The notes under the pieces are model-generated. The model ran no database searches. It had not been told where the DNA came from and saw only the letters and a program-made list of their open reading frames with translations. A stretch of 63,421 nucleotides of DNA, counting the filler, from Licmophora abbreviata (taxonomy: Eukaryota): the NCBI GenBank assembly GCA_900291995.1. It is 11 parts of 11 records of this genome, joined end to end, with 100 filler letters (N's around TTAATTAATTAA, not from the genome) between each part and the next. Parts side by side here need not be neighbours in the genome. Positions count along the whole stretch, not along the records: positions 37,167 to 43,367 come from OLMU01000219.1; positions 43,468 to 51,250 come from OLMU01000220.1; 9 more parts are not named here. One strand, written 5' to 3'. This document shows positions 37,719 to 50,073 of this stretch, piece by piece. Numbering within the stretch: the stretch's first letter is position 1; each line of letters starts with the position of its first letter. The position numbers and the translations under genes are program-made.

Positions 37719-40700
37719 ATGCGTTTCCTTTTCCTGCAATTGGCTCTTTTCCACTACTGCGTTGAAACGGCGCTCTCCTTCACGCCAGCCACTCGCTCCT
37801 TTGCAAAAACCCACCACAAGAACAAGAACTTTCAACTCAATGTTGCCTCGTCGCCCGACGCTCTGAAGGAAGACAAGACAGCTGTGGCGTTTGAGATCCA
37901 AGATGAATCACATATTCTCGGACAGCCCATCCCGTACGAGCAACTTACGATCGGGGTGCTCAAGGAGACTGACAAGGGAGAAAACCGTGTCTCTCAGTCT
38001 CCAGACACGGTTACGTCGCTCGTAAAGGCTGGATTCAATGTGGTTGTGCAATCGGGAGGTGAGTGCGGTCGGAACGGAATATCTTTCCTACTCTGCAGTT
38101 CGTAGCACTCGGATGTGTATCTTACAGCTAAAATGCTCATGTCTTGCCTTGCTGCAGCCGGAGAACAGGCGTCGTTCAGCGACGCCGCCTTTCTTGACGC
38201 AGGCGCCATTGTCTTGAAGGGCGACCAGATCTTTGCGGAAGCTGACATTATTACCAAGATTAATCTCCCCACGGCCGACGAGATTCCAAAGCTCGCTGGC
38301 AAGACCCTCATCAGTACCATATCCCCCGCCATTAATCCGGATCTATACAAACAGCTCACTGCCCAGAATACCAATGTCTTTGCACTCGACTGTGTGCCGC
38401 GCATGCTCAGTCGCGCTCAGACCTACGACATTCTCAGCTCGCAAGCCAACATTGCGGGATACCGAGCCATTATTGAAGCGGCAGAGGCCTTCCCTCGCTT
38501 CTTTGCAGGGCAAATGACCGCAGCCGGTAAAGTGCCTCCTGCCAAGGTTCTCGTGCTTGGAGCTGGTGTTGCGGGACTTGCTGCCATCCAGACAGCCAAG
38601 AACATGGGAGCAATCGTGAGGGCGTTCGACGTTCGTCCCGTCACCAAGGAGCAAGTCGAGTCTATGGGAGCCACGTTCCTGGAGGTTCCCATTCAGGAGG
38701 ACGGCTCCGGGTCTGGCGGATACGCCAAGGAAATGTCGGACGAGTTCAAAAAGGCACAGGCACAAATGATGCTCGAGCAAGCCGCGGAAGTGGATGTCAT
38801 CGTTACGACGGCACTCATTCCTGGACGCAAGGCGCCTATTCTCGTAGACCAGGAAATGTTGGACGTCATGAAACCTGGATCGGTCTGTGTGGATCTGGCG
38901 GCTGCAAATGGTGGAAATGTGGCGCAGACACGTCCCGATGAAATTATCACGACATCCAATGGCGTCAAGATTATTGGTTATACCAACTTGCCATCCCGTT
39001 TGGCATCGACGGCTAGTAATCTGGTACGTTTCGGTGCTTGACCTGTCGACTGAATGGGACTGCCACGCATGCGTCATTACATTGTGCTCACGAACGATTC
39101 CACGGTCTTCTTCACCATATCATAGTTCGCCAACAATGTTGCAAAGTTCATTTTGAGCGTAGGACCTCAGACGACAAAGGAAAAGGGTGTCTTTCAGATC
39201 GACCTGGACGATGATGCAGTCCAGAATATGCTTATTTCATACGGTGGTGAAGCGCGTTGGCCTGACAAGATTACTCCATTCTCTCCTCCCCCGCCGCCCC
39301 CGAAACCCGAAGCTGAAATGGAGAAGGAGCTGACAGAGGAGGAACAGGCTGCTCTCGCGGATGAACACCAGAAGGCCGATTTCCTACGAAACACTGGACT
39401 TGCCAGTGTCGCTGCGGCCACTCTCATGGCTTTCGGCTTTGCGGCCGACTCTCCCGAAAGCATCTCGCTTATGGCCACCTTTGCGCTTGCTGGCCTTGCT
39501 GGATACCAAGTCGTCTGGGGAGTGGCGCCTGCGCTTCACTCGCCTCTTATGGCCGTGACGAACGCCATCTCCGGTATGACGGCTGTCGGTGGCATGTTGC
39601 TTCTCGGACATTCCTTCACGGAGGGAGGGGGCCTCGTTCCTGAATCTCCTGCTGCGTGGATGGGTGCCGTTGCGACTGCACTGTCATTCATCAACATTGC
39701 TGGAGGGTTCCTAGTGTCGGGAAAAATGCTAGACCTCTTTCGCCGACCGACCGACCCGAAGGATTACTTCGAATTCTACTCACTTCCGGCTGCATTGGTG
39801 CTGGGAGGTCTGGCGACGGCTGGATTTGGTGGGATTGGTGAGCTCGGCAATGTATCTGGGGCTGCAGCGATTGCTTCGTCCATTTGCTGCATCGCTGCCA
39901 TTGCTGGACTTGCCAACCAGGACAGCGCTCGCACTGGCAATCTTTTGGGAATGGCAGGCGTTGGATTTGGATTGGCGTCGACTACCGCCGACATGTCACT
40001 TGCTGGAGCTGGTCCCGCTGCCTTTGAGCAAGTCGGATTGCTAGGTGGCCTGGGATCGGCGATTGGCGCTGCTGCTGCATCCAAAGTGGGCCCAACCGAA
40101 CTCCCTCAGACAGTAGCCGCATTCCACTCGCTTGTAGGATTGGCTGCGATGGCCGGTGCCGCAGGAGAGTTCCTCGGGAGCGGAGATCTCAGTGTTGGTA
40201 CTCTAGCGGCCGTCTACCTTGCCACCTTTATCGGAGGCGTTACAGCCACGGGCTCCATGGTTGCGTTTGGCAAGCTCTCTGCAATGTTGGATTCTGCGGC
40301 GCTGAAGCTGCCTGGACGGGATGCGCTGAACCTTGGGATGTTGTCTATCTGCGCCGCTGGTATGGGGCTGTTCCTCGACCCCGCCCTTGGCCAGGCCTTG
40401 ATGAACGTCGACCCCGCGACTATCCAGCTTGGAAGTCTCTCTGTGGTGGGCGTAGTATCTGCGCTGATGGGTCTTCACCTCACCGCTAGCATCGGAGGCG
40501 CCGACATGCCCGTCGTGATTACTGTCTTGAACTCTTACTCGGGATGGGCTCTTTGCGCCGAAGGGTTTATGCTTGGTAATCCGTTGCTTGCTCAAGTTGG
40601 AGCTCTGATTGGTTTTTCGGGTGCCATTCTAACCTGGATCATGTGCGAAGCCATGGGACGCGATGTGGTGTCTGTCATTCTCGGTGGTGCAGGAACTGAA

Positions 40701-41462
40701 GCACCCCAGAGTGGAGGGTCAACGATGGAGATGGAAGGTGAGGTCACAGTCACGAACGTCGATGAGGTTGTCGAGAATCTAATGAACTCCAAGGAGATCA
40801 TGATCATCCCTGGATACGGACTCGCTGTCGCGCAGGCGCAGTTTGCCGTCGCTGAAATTGCTAGCAAGCTCAAGGGCATGGGCAAGAACGTTCGCTTCGG
40901 GTGAGTATTGATGTCGTTTTCTGCCGCTGTATGTCGTTTGAAATGTACTCTGGTGACGGAACTAACCACAGTCGTTTCTGATCTGCACCCTGAAGTATTC
41001 ATCCGGTGGCAGGCAGGATGCCGGGGCAGCTCAATGTGCTCCTCGCAGAAGCCGGCGTTCCGTACGACATGGTTTTTGAAATGGACGAAGTGAATGACGA
41101 TTTCCCGACGTTGACATTACGCTCGTCATCGGTGCATCCGACACGATTAGCAGGTATGTGAAAGCATGATTTTATTTGATATGCGGCCACTCAGTTCGAC
41201 CGATTTCTCACCAGGCTACTGTTTATTCTTTTTGGTCAATGACAGCGCGGCAGAAGACGACCCCAACAGCAGCATCTACGGAATGCCCGTTCTTCGTGTC
41301 TGGAAAAGCAATCAAGTTTACATTCTCAAGCGTTCCATCGGGAATACGGGCTACACCGGCGATCAGAACCCTGTGCTGTTCAAGGATAACAGCGATGTTC
41401 TCCTCGGCGACGCGAAGGACACGTGCCAAGCTCTGCTGTCCGAAATTACTAAGCACAGCTAG
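37719..41462 (+). CDS. NNT: Proton-translocating NAD(P)+ transhydrogenase, fused alpha-beta type
   Basis: [69 protein letters not shown]; introns 38059..38157, 39024..39125, 40901..40995, 41154..41245; apparent 1-nt deletion near 41104-41106. Confidence 0.95.
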
Positions 41463-41564
41463 TATATCCATTTGAGTCTCGCAAGCCAGTGTTATGCATC
41501 AGTGCATTCAGAATACTATGACGCCCAATTATATAAGTCGCTTTACGTCTATTCCGTACGATCG

Positions 41565-42819
41565 TTAGATGTCGCCTAGCGTAGATCCTCCCATTTGAGC
41601 CATAGCATCGGCAGGTCGTGCCGCGGCAGCAGCTTCTGCTGATGAGCCGACGCCTTCGGTTGATGGGACAGGCGGGACGAGTACCACATTACGGAAATCG
41701 ATTTCGCTCTCACTTTGCATCATGGCGACAATATCATCCAGCGCCATCAGATTGATAGCGGGTTCCACGTTTTTGACATCCGCCGGTGCCTGTTGCATGA
41801 ACTGCTGCCACGTGCCGACCATATTCTGCAAACTAAAGTACATGGGAAGAAGTGTAACAGGCTCGCCACTCTCTCCTTCAGGCTGCTTTTGCATGCGCAT
41901 CTGGGCAATCATGAAGACCGGGATTTCGTTGTAGGTCGAGTTGAACTTGGGCGATTCCGTCATGGCCTTTTTGATGGCCGCTTGAGCGAGCTCGGGCGTC
42001 AGCTGTTCTCCGCCCTTCAACTTTTCTCCTTCCTCTGGATCCATAGTAAGCAACATGCGGGCTCCAAGCAGGTCACGAGTGTCGGGAACGAGCCGGTATT
42101 CAACGCCTTTCGTCGCCTGACCGTCGCCTGCCTCACCGGGCGACTTCAACTGTCTCATGAGCAAAAGGAGGAGAAGAAATGAGATCCGCCATCACAGGTG
42201 GTGAGAGAGATTCCAAGTGCGCGAGGTCAATGCATAATCTTAGGTTTAATCTGATGGCTCACCATGACTTCCCGATCCTTTTCTCCCTGCAGGATGTTAA
42301 ACCAAATCTTGCCCAGAGAGAATGCCGAGACACGCAAGTCCATTTGTTCATTTTGCCCCTTGAGCTGATTCAGAGTAGCATTTGCCATGACGGGGGACAT
42401 GAAGAAATAGAATACACTGTGTTGATCATCTGGCTTCAAGACGACGCCTGCGCCGTTGGAATCGGTGACTGCAAAGACTGGGATGTGTTCGAGCCACTGT
42501 TCCACTTCTTCTTTAGACATGGGCGGATACTTGGTCTTTACTCCAGCGTCGCCCCCGTCATTCCTGTGCGAATCGATAGAAGCAACAGTGTGTAAGAGAG
42601 AGATGGCGGACTAGACAGGCGAAACGAAGCAAGAAGCGGCGCTCGCGCACATACAACCTACTTTTCTTTCCCGCCAAACAGTCCGCCGCCACGCGGAATG
42701 CCGAAGACGGCTTTCGGCGCAATTTCGGCCAATCCTCGACTGAACGCGGAGGAAGCTCTTCCCGAGCACACACTGCCGAGGAGGAGGAGCGCACCGAGGA
42801 ACTGTGTGGCCGTAATCAT
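41565..42819 (-). CDS. TIC22: Tic22-like plastid protein import component
   Basis: LEHIPVFAVTDSNG, SAFSLGK, YRLVPD, IPVF, LPMYFS; signal peptide; introns 42564..42661 and 42150..42262. Confidence 0.8.
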
Positions 42820-43467
42820 GGTCGATGTATGTTTTGAAGGAGGCGTCGTGACACTGTCGTGTTCGTCGTCGTTGTGAGCCTTTCGATTTGATTTTGGTGT
42901 TGATGGCGGCACCCATTTTTTTCTATCTCGGAAATCTACACGTGGAGTGCTTTGGTGGTACATCTTTCTCTCCGGGTGATCGACCTAGAGGTGCTCCGGG
43001 GCTCGAGCCGGCCGGGCATCATCATTGGCACAGCCTTTTACTCTTGTTTCTCTCCGCCGGTGGCGGTTCAACCAGCAGAGCACGGACGGACACGTCAACA
43101 CAAACTAGTGCCCAGGAGCACGGGGCCTTTTGTCGGTGTTCGGAAGCAGCAGCACTTTTGGAGCATGATGACGGCAAGAACGGACAACGGCGCTACCAAT
43201 GGCGTCGTGACTGCCTCGAATGGGACGGGCAAGCATGTTCCAGCCTCGGAGCAGAGCAATGGAAGAAATCCGGTATCGGATTCAGCCTCGAATCCGGTCA
43301 AATCTACCGCTACCGGCTGCTCCGACGTGTCGCCTCCGGTCAAGCGCCTCAGCCACAGGTCCAAAATNNNNNNNNNNNNNNNNNNNNNNNNNNNNNNNNN
43401 NNNNNNNNNNNTTAATTAATTAANNNNNNNNNNNNNNNNNNNNNNNNNNNNNNNNNNNNNNNNNNNN

Positions 43468-44852
43468 CCGCCGAGCGCCTTCTTCACTCTCGGGACCATC
43501 CTCTCCTTGCAGTTCTTCGGGGGTGTGCACAATGTCGCCCACGTGTCTGCGACCATCCTCAGCTCCGTCCTTACGACCCTCGATACGGCTTCCGCACTCT
43601 TGCGCCACATGCGCGACCTGGGCCAGTCCCTAGTCTCGGGAGACCTTCGCGAACCGAAAGACTACCTCTACGCCTCCGCATGGTCCCTCATGCTGCTCTG
43701 CATCGGTTACGTCTTGATATACTCCCCTCTTCGGGCCGGCATGTGGACGGGAAAGCGGGCCAAGCGGCACTTGATCCATCGATACATGGGGCTCTTCTTT
43801 CTTACTCAGTATACTCTCACGTGGATTGAATTCGTCACTAACTATGGCGCTGCCACGACTAGCTATCTACCTCATACTGTCGCTCTCAATGGTTCGTGCG
43901 GCGGTATCGTCACTATGTGTTCATTTCACCTTTCGAACTAGGACGCGCAGACTCACCATCCTTATGTCCTCTTTTCCCTCACTGCGTACCGGTACTGCTT
44001 ACTCAATACAGGAATGATACAGGGATGGTCTGCCTATTTCTCGTTCAAAGTCTTGCCTGAATTAGACGATGCGGGGTACTATTCCGATAAAGCTGTTCTC
44101 TCTCGTAGCTTTGTTCACGAGAATACCTTTTTCCAGCTTATGGTTGTCTTTGGCTCGCTCTACTACAACGACTCGGTTCGCGCTAGCCTACGGACCTCAA
44201 CGGCAGGTCGTGTGCTCGAGCTTATGTTCGTCTTTCTGCCTTATATTGTCGTGCGCCCGTGGTTTCCGATAACGCGATTCAAAAATGCTGGGACATCCAT
44301 GGCGGGACGAACGAAACAGAATGCTGCCTTTTACAGAATCGGGACACACATGATCAAACTCTTCTACCTTTGGGCCAAGTACTTTTTGGGATTCTACATG
44401 AACTTCTTAGTCTTTCTCGGGCTGGCGTCGGACGAAAACATGAAAGTCATCCGTGGACTCTTCCTACTCAACACCGGCACCGTCAGCATTGCCATCTTTC
44501 TGCATACGCTGCGGTTCAAGAAGGTACTTCCCCCGCGGTTGACGTTCTCACTGTATCTCTTGCAGATCTATGCGTAAGTTTTTGTGATGGGTGTCCGACG
44601 ATTGCGTGTATAAAAACATGCAACTGAGTAGGTTGAGGTGCTTGCTAACCTCTTCATCTTCGTCGTCATACTTTTGTGTGTAGAACGTTCTCGGCGATCC
44701 CTTACGCGTACGACTTGTTCATTCCACACTTGCGCTTGTGTGGGCTTGCATTCCTCGGCGTTCTTTGCAACATGACGCGGAGTCGCAAGATGCACGCAGT
44801 GTGGTGCGCAGCTTGCATATACCTACTTGTCTTTACTGACTATGAGTGGTAA
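43468..44852 (+). CDS. Hypothetical multi-pass membrane protein (N-terminus probably at 43165..43367, before the linker)
   Basis: Three exons joined in frame via introns 43892..44011 and 44574..44683; many hydrophobic aromatic-rich segments. Confidence 0.7.
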
Positions 44853-45625
44853 CCTACTGTAGCCGCGCTGTTTGTAGAGGGGTGTCCTTTTTTACTTGTT
44901 ATTATAGGTAAGACAATACAAGCTAGTAGCTATCAGGTGGGAGGCACAAGCCTTCGTACTTTCATAGTTATCAGCATCGGAGGGCTACTCCTGGTATGAC
45001 AGTATCATACTGGAGAATAGATCTAGCGAACAGTAGCTACAATGGGCACGGAGGCACGGAGTGCGTCCCGTAGGCTTCACGCAGTTAAGTTGGGATGTCG
45101 GTACCAACGCATGGACATACCTATAAAATCTGCCGCACGGGCACTCGGGTGCAGCATCAGCAGAGACTCAGTATGTTAACTACTGTCGGGTACTGGACAT
45201 ATAGTTGAAGCGCTGGGTGGCGCTCGTCCGAGTGTTGCGCTTCAGTGGTTAGCTCAACGGTCATGCGCTCTGTAGAACGTAAAATTTGGGAGTGACTTGT
45301 CCGAAGAGTCGTGTGAGATTTATTATACATGTATACGAAGTCGAATATAGTATGACAAACTTACCAAAATGGGACTGTCACATCCCAGCGTTGCACTACC
45401 TAAACGTTTGAAAATAAATATTGATCGAATTATTACGAACACTAGGACACACTGCTCGTGGGAGGCCATTTGTGCGCACAACACACCTCTCGCGGCTTTG
45501 CGGTTGAGCGACGATGGTGTTGGTCTTGTTTTGCCTGGTTTGAGATCTGTGTTTGAGACGTATCCAAGTCTTGGTTTCATTCCCATTGCCTTTGCGGATT
45601 GTTCGAGAAGGAGAGAAGTGTTGAA

Positions 45626-46948
45626 ATGACGGAATCGACACAAAATTTGACAGAGGAGCTCCTCACGTCCATTGGCACTACATTGCAAGCTTCCTACGAC
45701 GATATCATGAGTCTTGTCGACACCATGCCGCCGCAAGCTCGCAGTATCACGCCTACTCAAACTACATCAACGGAGAGCGACAAGGAAAACGCTGCCTCGG
45801 GTCGTTCGTCCCCAGCTGTAGGACGAGCCGGCGATGCATCTCCCAGTGCTGTGTGTCTCCCTCGTCGTCTTTCTCGGGTGATTGTCACTACACCCGAAAA
45901 GACTAGCCCGAAACGAATAGTGGCAGGGCGGCCCACCACGGTCGTGCTTCCAACTTTGGAGCCTCCATTGGTCACGAAGACTTGTGAGAAGGCGAAGCAC
46001 CGCTCGCGACCCACGAGCAGCATCATTCAGCTACCTCCCATGCAAAAGCCATCGTTTCGTCGCTACGCCAGTGCTCCCGCCGAGTTTGTCGCGAAACAAG
46101 TGTTGACTGAACCGTCTCCGCTGCGGTTAGAGGCTTGGACTGAACCACCTGCGTCCTCCTTTCGTGTTCGAGGCCAAAACTATCTTAAGGACGACAAGAA
46201 GGTCCCGTCGGAAGGTCCCGCCTTTCGTTTGTTGACAGTTGACCTCGTGAAGACCGATAAGCCTATGCTGGGCGGTATGTGCAGTCACCCCAACGAGCGG
46301 ATCCAACGAGCTCTGTATCGGGAGAAAGAGACGGGTGTTCGTGAGCTTCCTGATTTCGTTTTTGCTGTCAACCTTGCCGTTCCTGGCCCTCCGTGCTACA
46401 ATATTGTTTCCTACTTTGGAGTCGACGATATCGAGACGATCAAGACGAACAGCACTCCGTTCGGTCGTGTTGCTCGACAATTCTTCTTTGGAGACTCGGA
46501 TAATTTTCGTGACCAGACCTTCAAGTTGATCCCTCGCATCAAGGAAGGGAACTTCGTTGTAAGAAAGGCGGTCGGGTCTAAACCGTCCATTCTTGGGAAC
46601 AAGCTCAATCAGATCTATGTCCGGAACGATCGCTTCTTTGAACTCATTGTCGACATTGGAAGCGATAGTATCGCACAGAAGATTGTCAAGCTCAGCATAG
46701 GATATGTAAGTTCGGGGCTATCGCTGCTGTAGCATGTCGCGGTGGGTGTGCACTACTCGGAAATTGCGTGTACTGACACGCGGACATCGCTTACTCTCGT
46801 GGTGCAGGCTCGGTCACTAGTGGTAGACATGGCGTTTGTTCTCGAAGGCCGGGAGGAAGCGACTCTTCCTGAACAAGTCATGGGCTGCGTCCGCCTGAAA
46901 AACGTTGACTTCAAGAAGAAGGATGGCCAGAGAAGCTGTGCTCCTTGA
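45626..46948 (+). CDS. EDR2 C-terminal (DUF1336-type) domain protein
   Basis: WTEPPASSFRVRGQNYLKDDKKVPS, FKLIPRIKEGNFVVRKAVG, VDMAFVLEG..LPEQVMG; intron 46706..46807. Confidence 0.88.
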
Positions 46949-47200
46949 AAGGCAGCTGAGAGAACATCATACTGCTGTACCGCATAATTTGACGCGATGA
47001 TTGTCTTGTGAGGATAGAAGCTACGACTAGTAGAGAAGTCGTCAATTCAAATTTATCTGTGTATCGTAGGTGTAGATTGTGTTTGAGAAAGAAAGGAAGT
47101 ATACAAATATGATAGTGTCCTGCTGCTGGACTCGACTTATCACGGCACCTTTACCGGTATATAACAAACAATCCTGCGAAACCGAGCTTACAACGGTTCG

Positions 47201-47230
47201 ACCTAACCTAACCTAACCTAACTTAACCCT
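47201..47230 (+). repeat. Telomere-like (ACCTA)4 microsatellite followed by ACTTAACCCT
   Basis: Read directly: acctaacctaacctaacctaacttaaccct. Confidence 0.85.
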
Positions 47231-47522
47231 GACAGCCGGTAGCGCCAGTAGACCTATGTTGGAGAGCTGTGGTTCGAGAGTTCGAACAGCACAGCAGAGA
47301 AGAGGTCTCGTCGTTTTGTGGCAGGCCTCTCCGTTAGTCGAAGCAGTCGCGGCTGGAGAAACCCGGAAAGTCGTACGTCAGCCTTTGGAAAATAGTGCGC
47401 ATCTACTAGCATCGAAGCCTTTCTCGTACGTGTTCGATGCCACATCCACCCTTTTGCATCGAAGCTCTCCATTATCGTTCCTGAGCCATTGTTTGGAGAC
47501 TGATATCACCCCTGTTGAAACG

Positions 47523-48716
47523 ATGAAGTTTTCCCTTGTCCTCGCTTTCGGAACCGCTTCGGTGTCCGCTTTCGCCCCCGCCTTTGTGCCGCGTAATCGC
47601 GTCGGGGCGCCTGCATCCTCGAGCAGCCTGCAGATGGCGCTCAAGGACGGTGAGAAGCCCATTGTCATCGGTGTCGCTGCTGATTCTGGCTGCGGAAAGT
47701 CCACCTTCATGCGCCGCCTTACTTCCATCTTCGGTGGAGAAGGCGTCGGACCTCTCGGAGGCGGATTCGACAACGGCGGATGGGAGACCAACACTCTTGT
47801 CTCAGACCTCACCACTGTCATGTGCCTTGACGACTACCATCTTAACGATCGCGAGGGCCGCAAGGTCTCCGGATTGACCGCTCTCGACACCCGGGAGAAC
47901 AACTTTGACCTCATGTACGAACAGGTCAAGGCCCTCAAGGATGGAGAGACCATCTCCAAGCCCATTTACAACCACGTCAACGGAACTCTTGACACCCCAG
48001 AGACCATCGAACCTACCCCTATCATCATCATTGAGGGTCTTCACCCCATGCACGACGAGCGCGTCCGCGAGCTCCTTGACTTCTCCCTCTACCTTGACAT
48101 CTCTCCTGACGTCAAGCTCAACTGGAAGATCCAGCGCGATATGGAGGAGCGTGGACACTCCCTCGAATCCATCATGGCATCCATCGAGGCCCGCAAGCCC
48201 GATTTCGACCAGTACATCGAACCCCAGAAGAAGTACGCCGACTTGGTCATCGAAGTCCTCCCCACGGAACTCGACAAGGAGGACAAGAAGACTCTTCGCG
48301 TCCGAAGCATTCAGAAGGAGGGAGTCGCCGACTTCTCCCCGTGCTACCTCTTTGACGAGGGATCTACGATCAGCTGGGTTCCTGCGCCTGGAAAGCTCTC
48401 CTCGCCTGCCCCTGGAATCAAGCTTGCTTACGGAAAGGAAGAGTTTTTCGGAAACGATGTTCAGGTCGTCGAGATGGATGGTAACTTTGACAACATCCAG
48501 GAGCTCGTGTATGTGGAATCTGCTTTGAGCAACACCAAGACCAAGTTCTATGGAGAGATGACCCAGGCCATGCTCGCCCTCGCCGACGCCCCGGGAAGCA
48601 ACAACGGAACTGGACTTATGCAGACTCTTGCTGCCTTCGCCATTCGGGAACTGTACGAGAAGAAGGCCGCTGCCGCCAAGCTCTCTGCAAAATCTACGGC
48701 CGCAGCTGCTGCCTAA
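47523..48716 (+). CDS. PRK: Plastid phosphoribulokinase
   Basis: VSA-FAP presequence; AADSGCGKSTFMRR, CLDDYH, YNHVNG, WKIQRDMEERGH; strong C-ending codon bias. Confidence 0.97.
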   Translation: MKFSLVLAFGTASVSAFAPAFVPRNRVGAPASSSSLQMALKDGEKPIVIGVAADSGCGKSTFMRRLTSIFGGEGVGPLGGGFDNGGWETNTLVSDLTTVMCLDDYHLNDREGRKVSGLTALDTRENNFDLMYEQVKALKDGETISKPIYNHVNGTLDTPETIEPTPIIIIEGLHPMHDERVRELLDFSLYLDISPDVKLNWKIQRDMEERGHSLESIMASIEARKPDFDQYIEPQKKYADLVIEVLPTELDKEDKKTLRVRSIQKEGVADFSPCYLFDEGSTISWVPAPGKLSSPAPGIKLAYGKEEFFGNDVQVVEMDGNFDNIQELVYVESALSNTKTKFYGEMTQAMLALADAPGSNNGTGLMQTLAAFAIRELYEKKAAAAKLSAKSTAAAAA

Positions 48717-48980
48717 GCCGTATCGTTAAAGCAATGAAAAAACCTTTTACAAACTTCTATTCTGTTTTGTGCATGGCCGATGTGCGGCTGCAGAAGCTTC
48801 AGTGTTACACTAGCTCGTATATAAGAGACATTTGAGTCCTAGTGAACACTGACCTTTTGGAGTAGGCGGTCACATATCACACAGTACTTCTATTGCGCGC
48901 ACTGACGATCGTTATGACTGTCTGTACAACGACTTAACGAGTTCAGTAAGTGCGACTATATTTCAGCAAGCGGAGGACTA

Positions 48981-49508
48981 TCAAGCGATATCGTAATCCG
49001 TCATTTCAGTGTCTCCATCATGGACAGTCATTTCAATGTCTCCAGAAGCGATGAGGAGATCGTCCGACTCGAAGAGAAAGCATGAGCAGCACAACACGTT
49101 CATCGAGACACCAAACCCTATCGCTGCGGGTGTAAACAAGGCCGTTGCTAGCTCTGCATCTTCTCTGGCGAGAAAAGGCAGGAGGATAAAGCACAACAAG
49201 AGGCACAGGAACATCACGACGGAACTAACGATGACAGTAGTTCGGGGAGAAGGCCGGTGAAAGGACTTTGCGACAGCAACTGGCAAGGATTGCGCGTCGA
49301 CTCGTTCCCGAACAGGCCGTTCTTCCGGGATCGTTTCAGAACAAGTTTCGTACTTGAACATAGAAGAACCTACAATGTAAGCTGGAGCATCGGCATAGAC
49401 GACGGGCTGCGTGAACCCTGCGGCATCGCTATTTTCTGTATCTTCTTCCATGCATGTGGTCGAAATTGTGACGAGTGGCGGCTCCAGTTCTTCGTCTGGT
49501 GAGCTCAT
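48981..49508 (-). CDS. Hypothetical protein with two predicted membrane helices
   Basis: 175-aa ATG ORF with two hydrophobic segments and acidic termini. Confidence 0.55.
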   Translation of the reverse strand: MSSPDEELEPPLVTISTTCMEEDTENSDAAGFTQPVVYADAPAYIVGSSMFKYETCSETIPEERPVRERVDAQSLPVAVAKSFHRPSPRTTVIVSSVVMFLCLLLCFILLPFLAREDAELATALFTPAAIGFGVSMNVLCCSCFLFESDDLLIASGDIEMTVHDGDTEMTDYDIA

Positions 49509-50073
49509 GGCTTCGTATACACTCGCACTTTGAACTTGGTTGTGTTTGGACCTGTCCCACTGCTTTCAATGGCTTTTCGTTCAGCAGCCTTGCATCACTT
49601 GTGTGCTTCGGTAGACTATAGTATGTTCATTATACCGAGAACACTGTCTGTGCTGGATTTCTGGATTTGGGATATTGGATTCGATTCGTTCGATCGTGTT
49701 CTCGTTCTCTTTGATTCATTCAACGCTCGCGCCAGCCGCGCAGGGCACAGTTGCGTGTGTTCGAGCGTCTGCCGCGTGGCGCTCAGCCATCGTCAAAATT
49801 GCGCGCCGATGTGTCAAACAGTGATGCGGCGGCGACTGAATCAAAATCAATCACACAAATCAAATCGATTGTTGTCCACAAGGAGATGAAGAGTGAACTT
49901 CTAATCTAAACCTACATCAGTAGTTTAGTCAACGGAGAAGACGACCGAGGAAAATCACGACACATTGAACCCCGCCATTTGTCAAGACAAGAAGGAGTCA
50001 GCGAGAAAGATTCGGCGCGGAGAAACAGTCTACCGATACTGTTGTGAATCCACTATAGTTTTCACTGTTTGGC

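Noticed and set aside
45240..45310. tRNA-like start (ggttagctcaacggt)
   Set aside because: No T-loop GTTCRA and no acceptor stem.
47256..47522. N-terminal extension of the PRK ORF
   Set aside because: The signal peptide starts at ATG 47523; the upstream frame is probably UTR or promoter.
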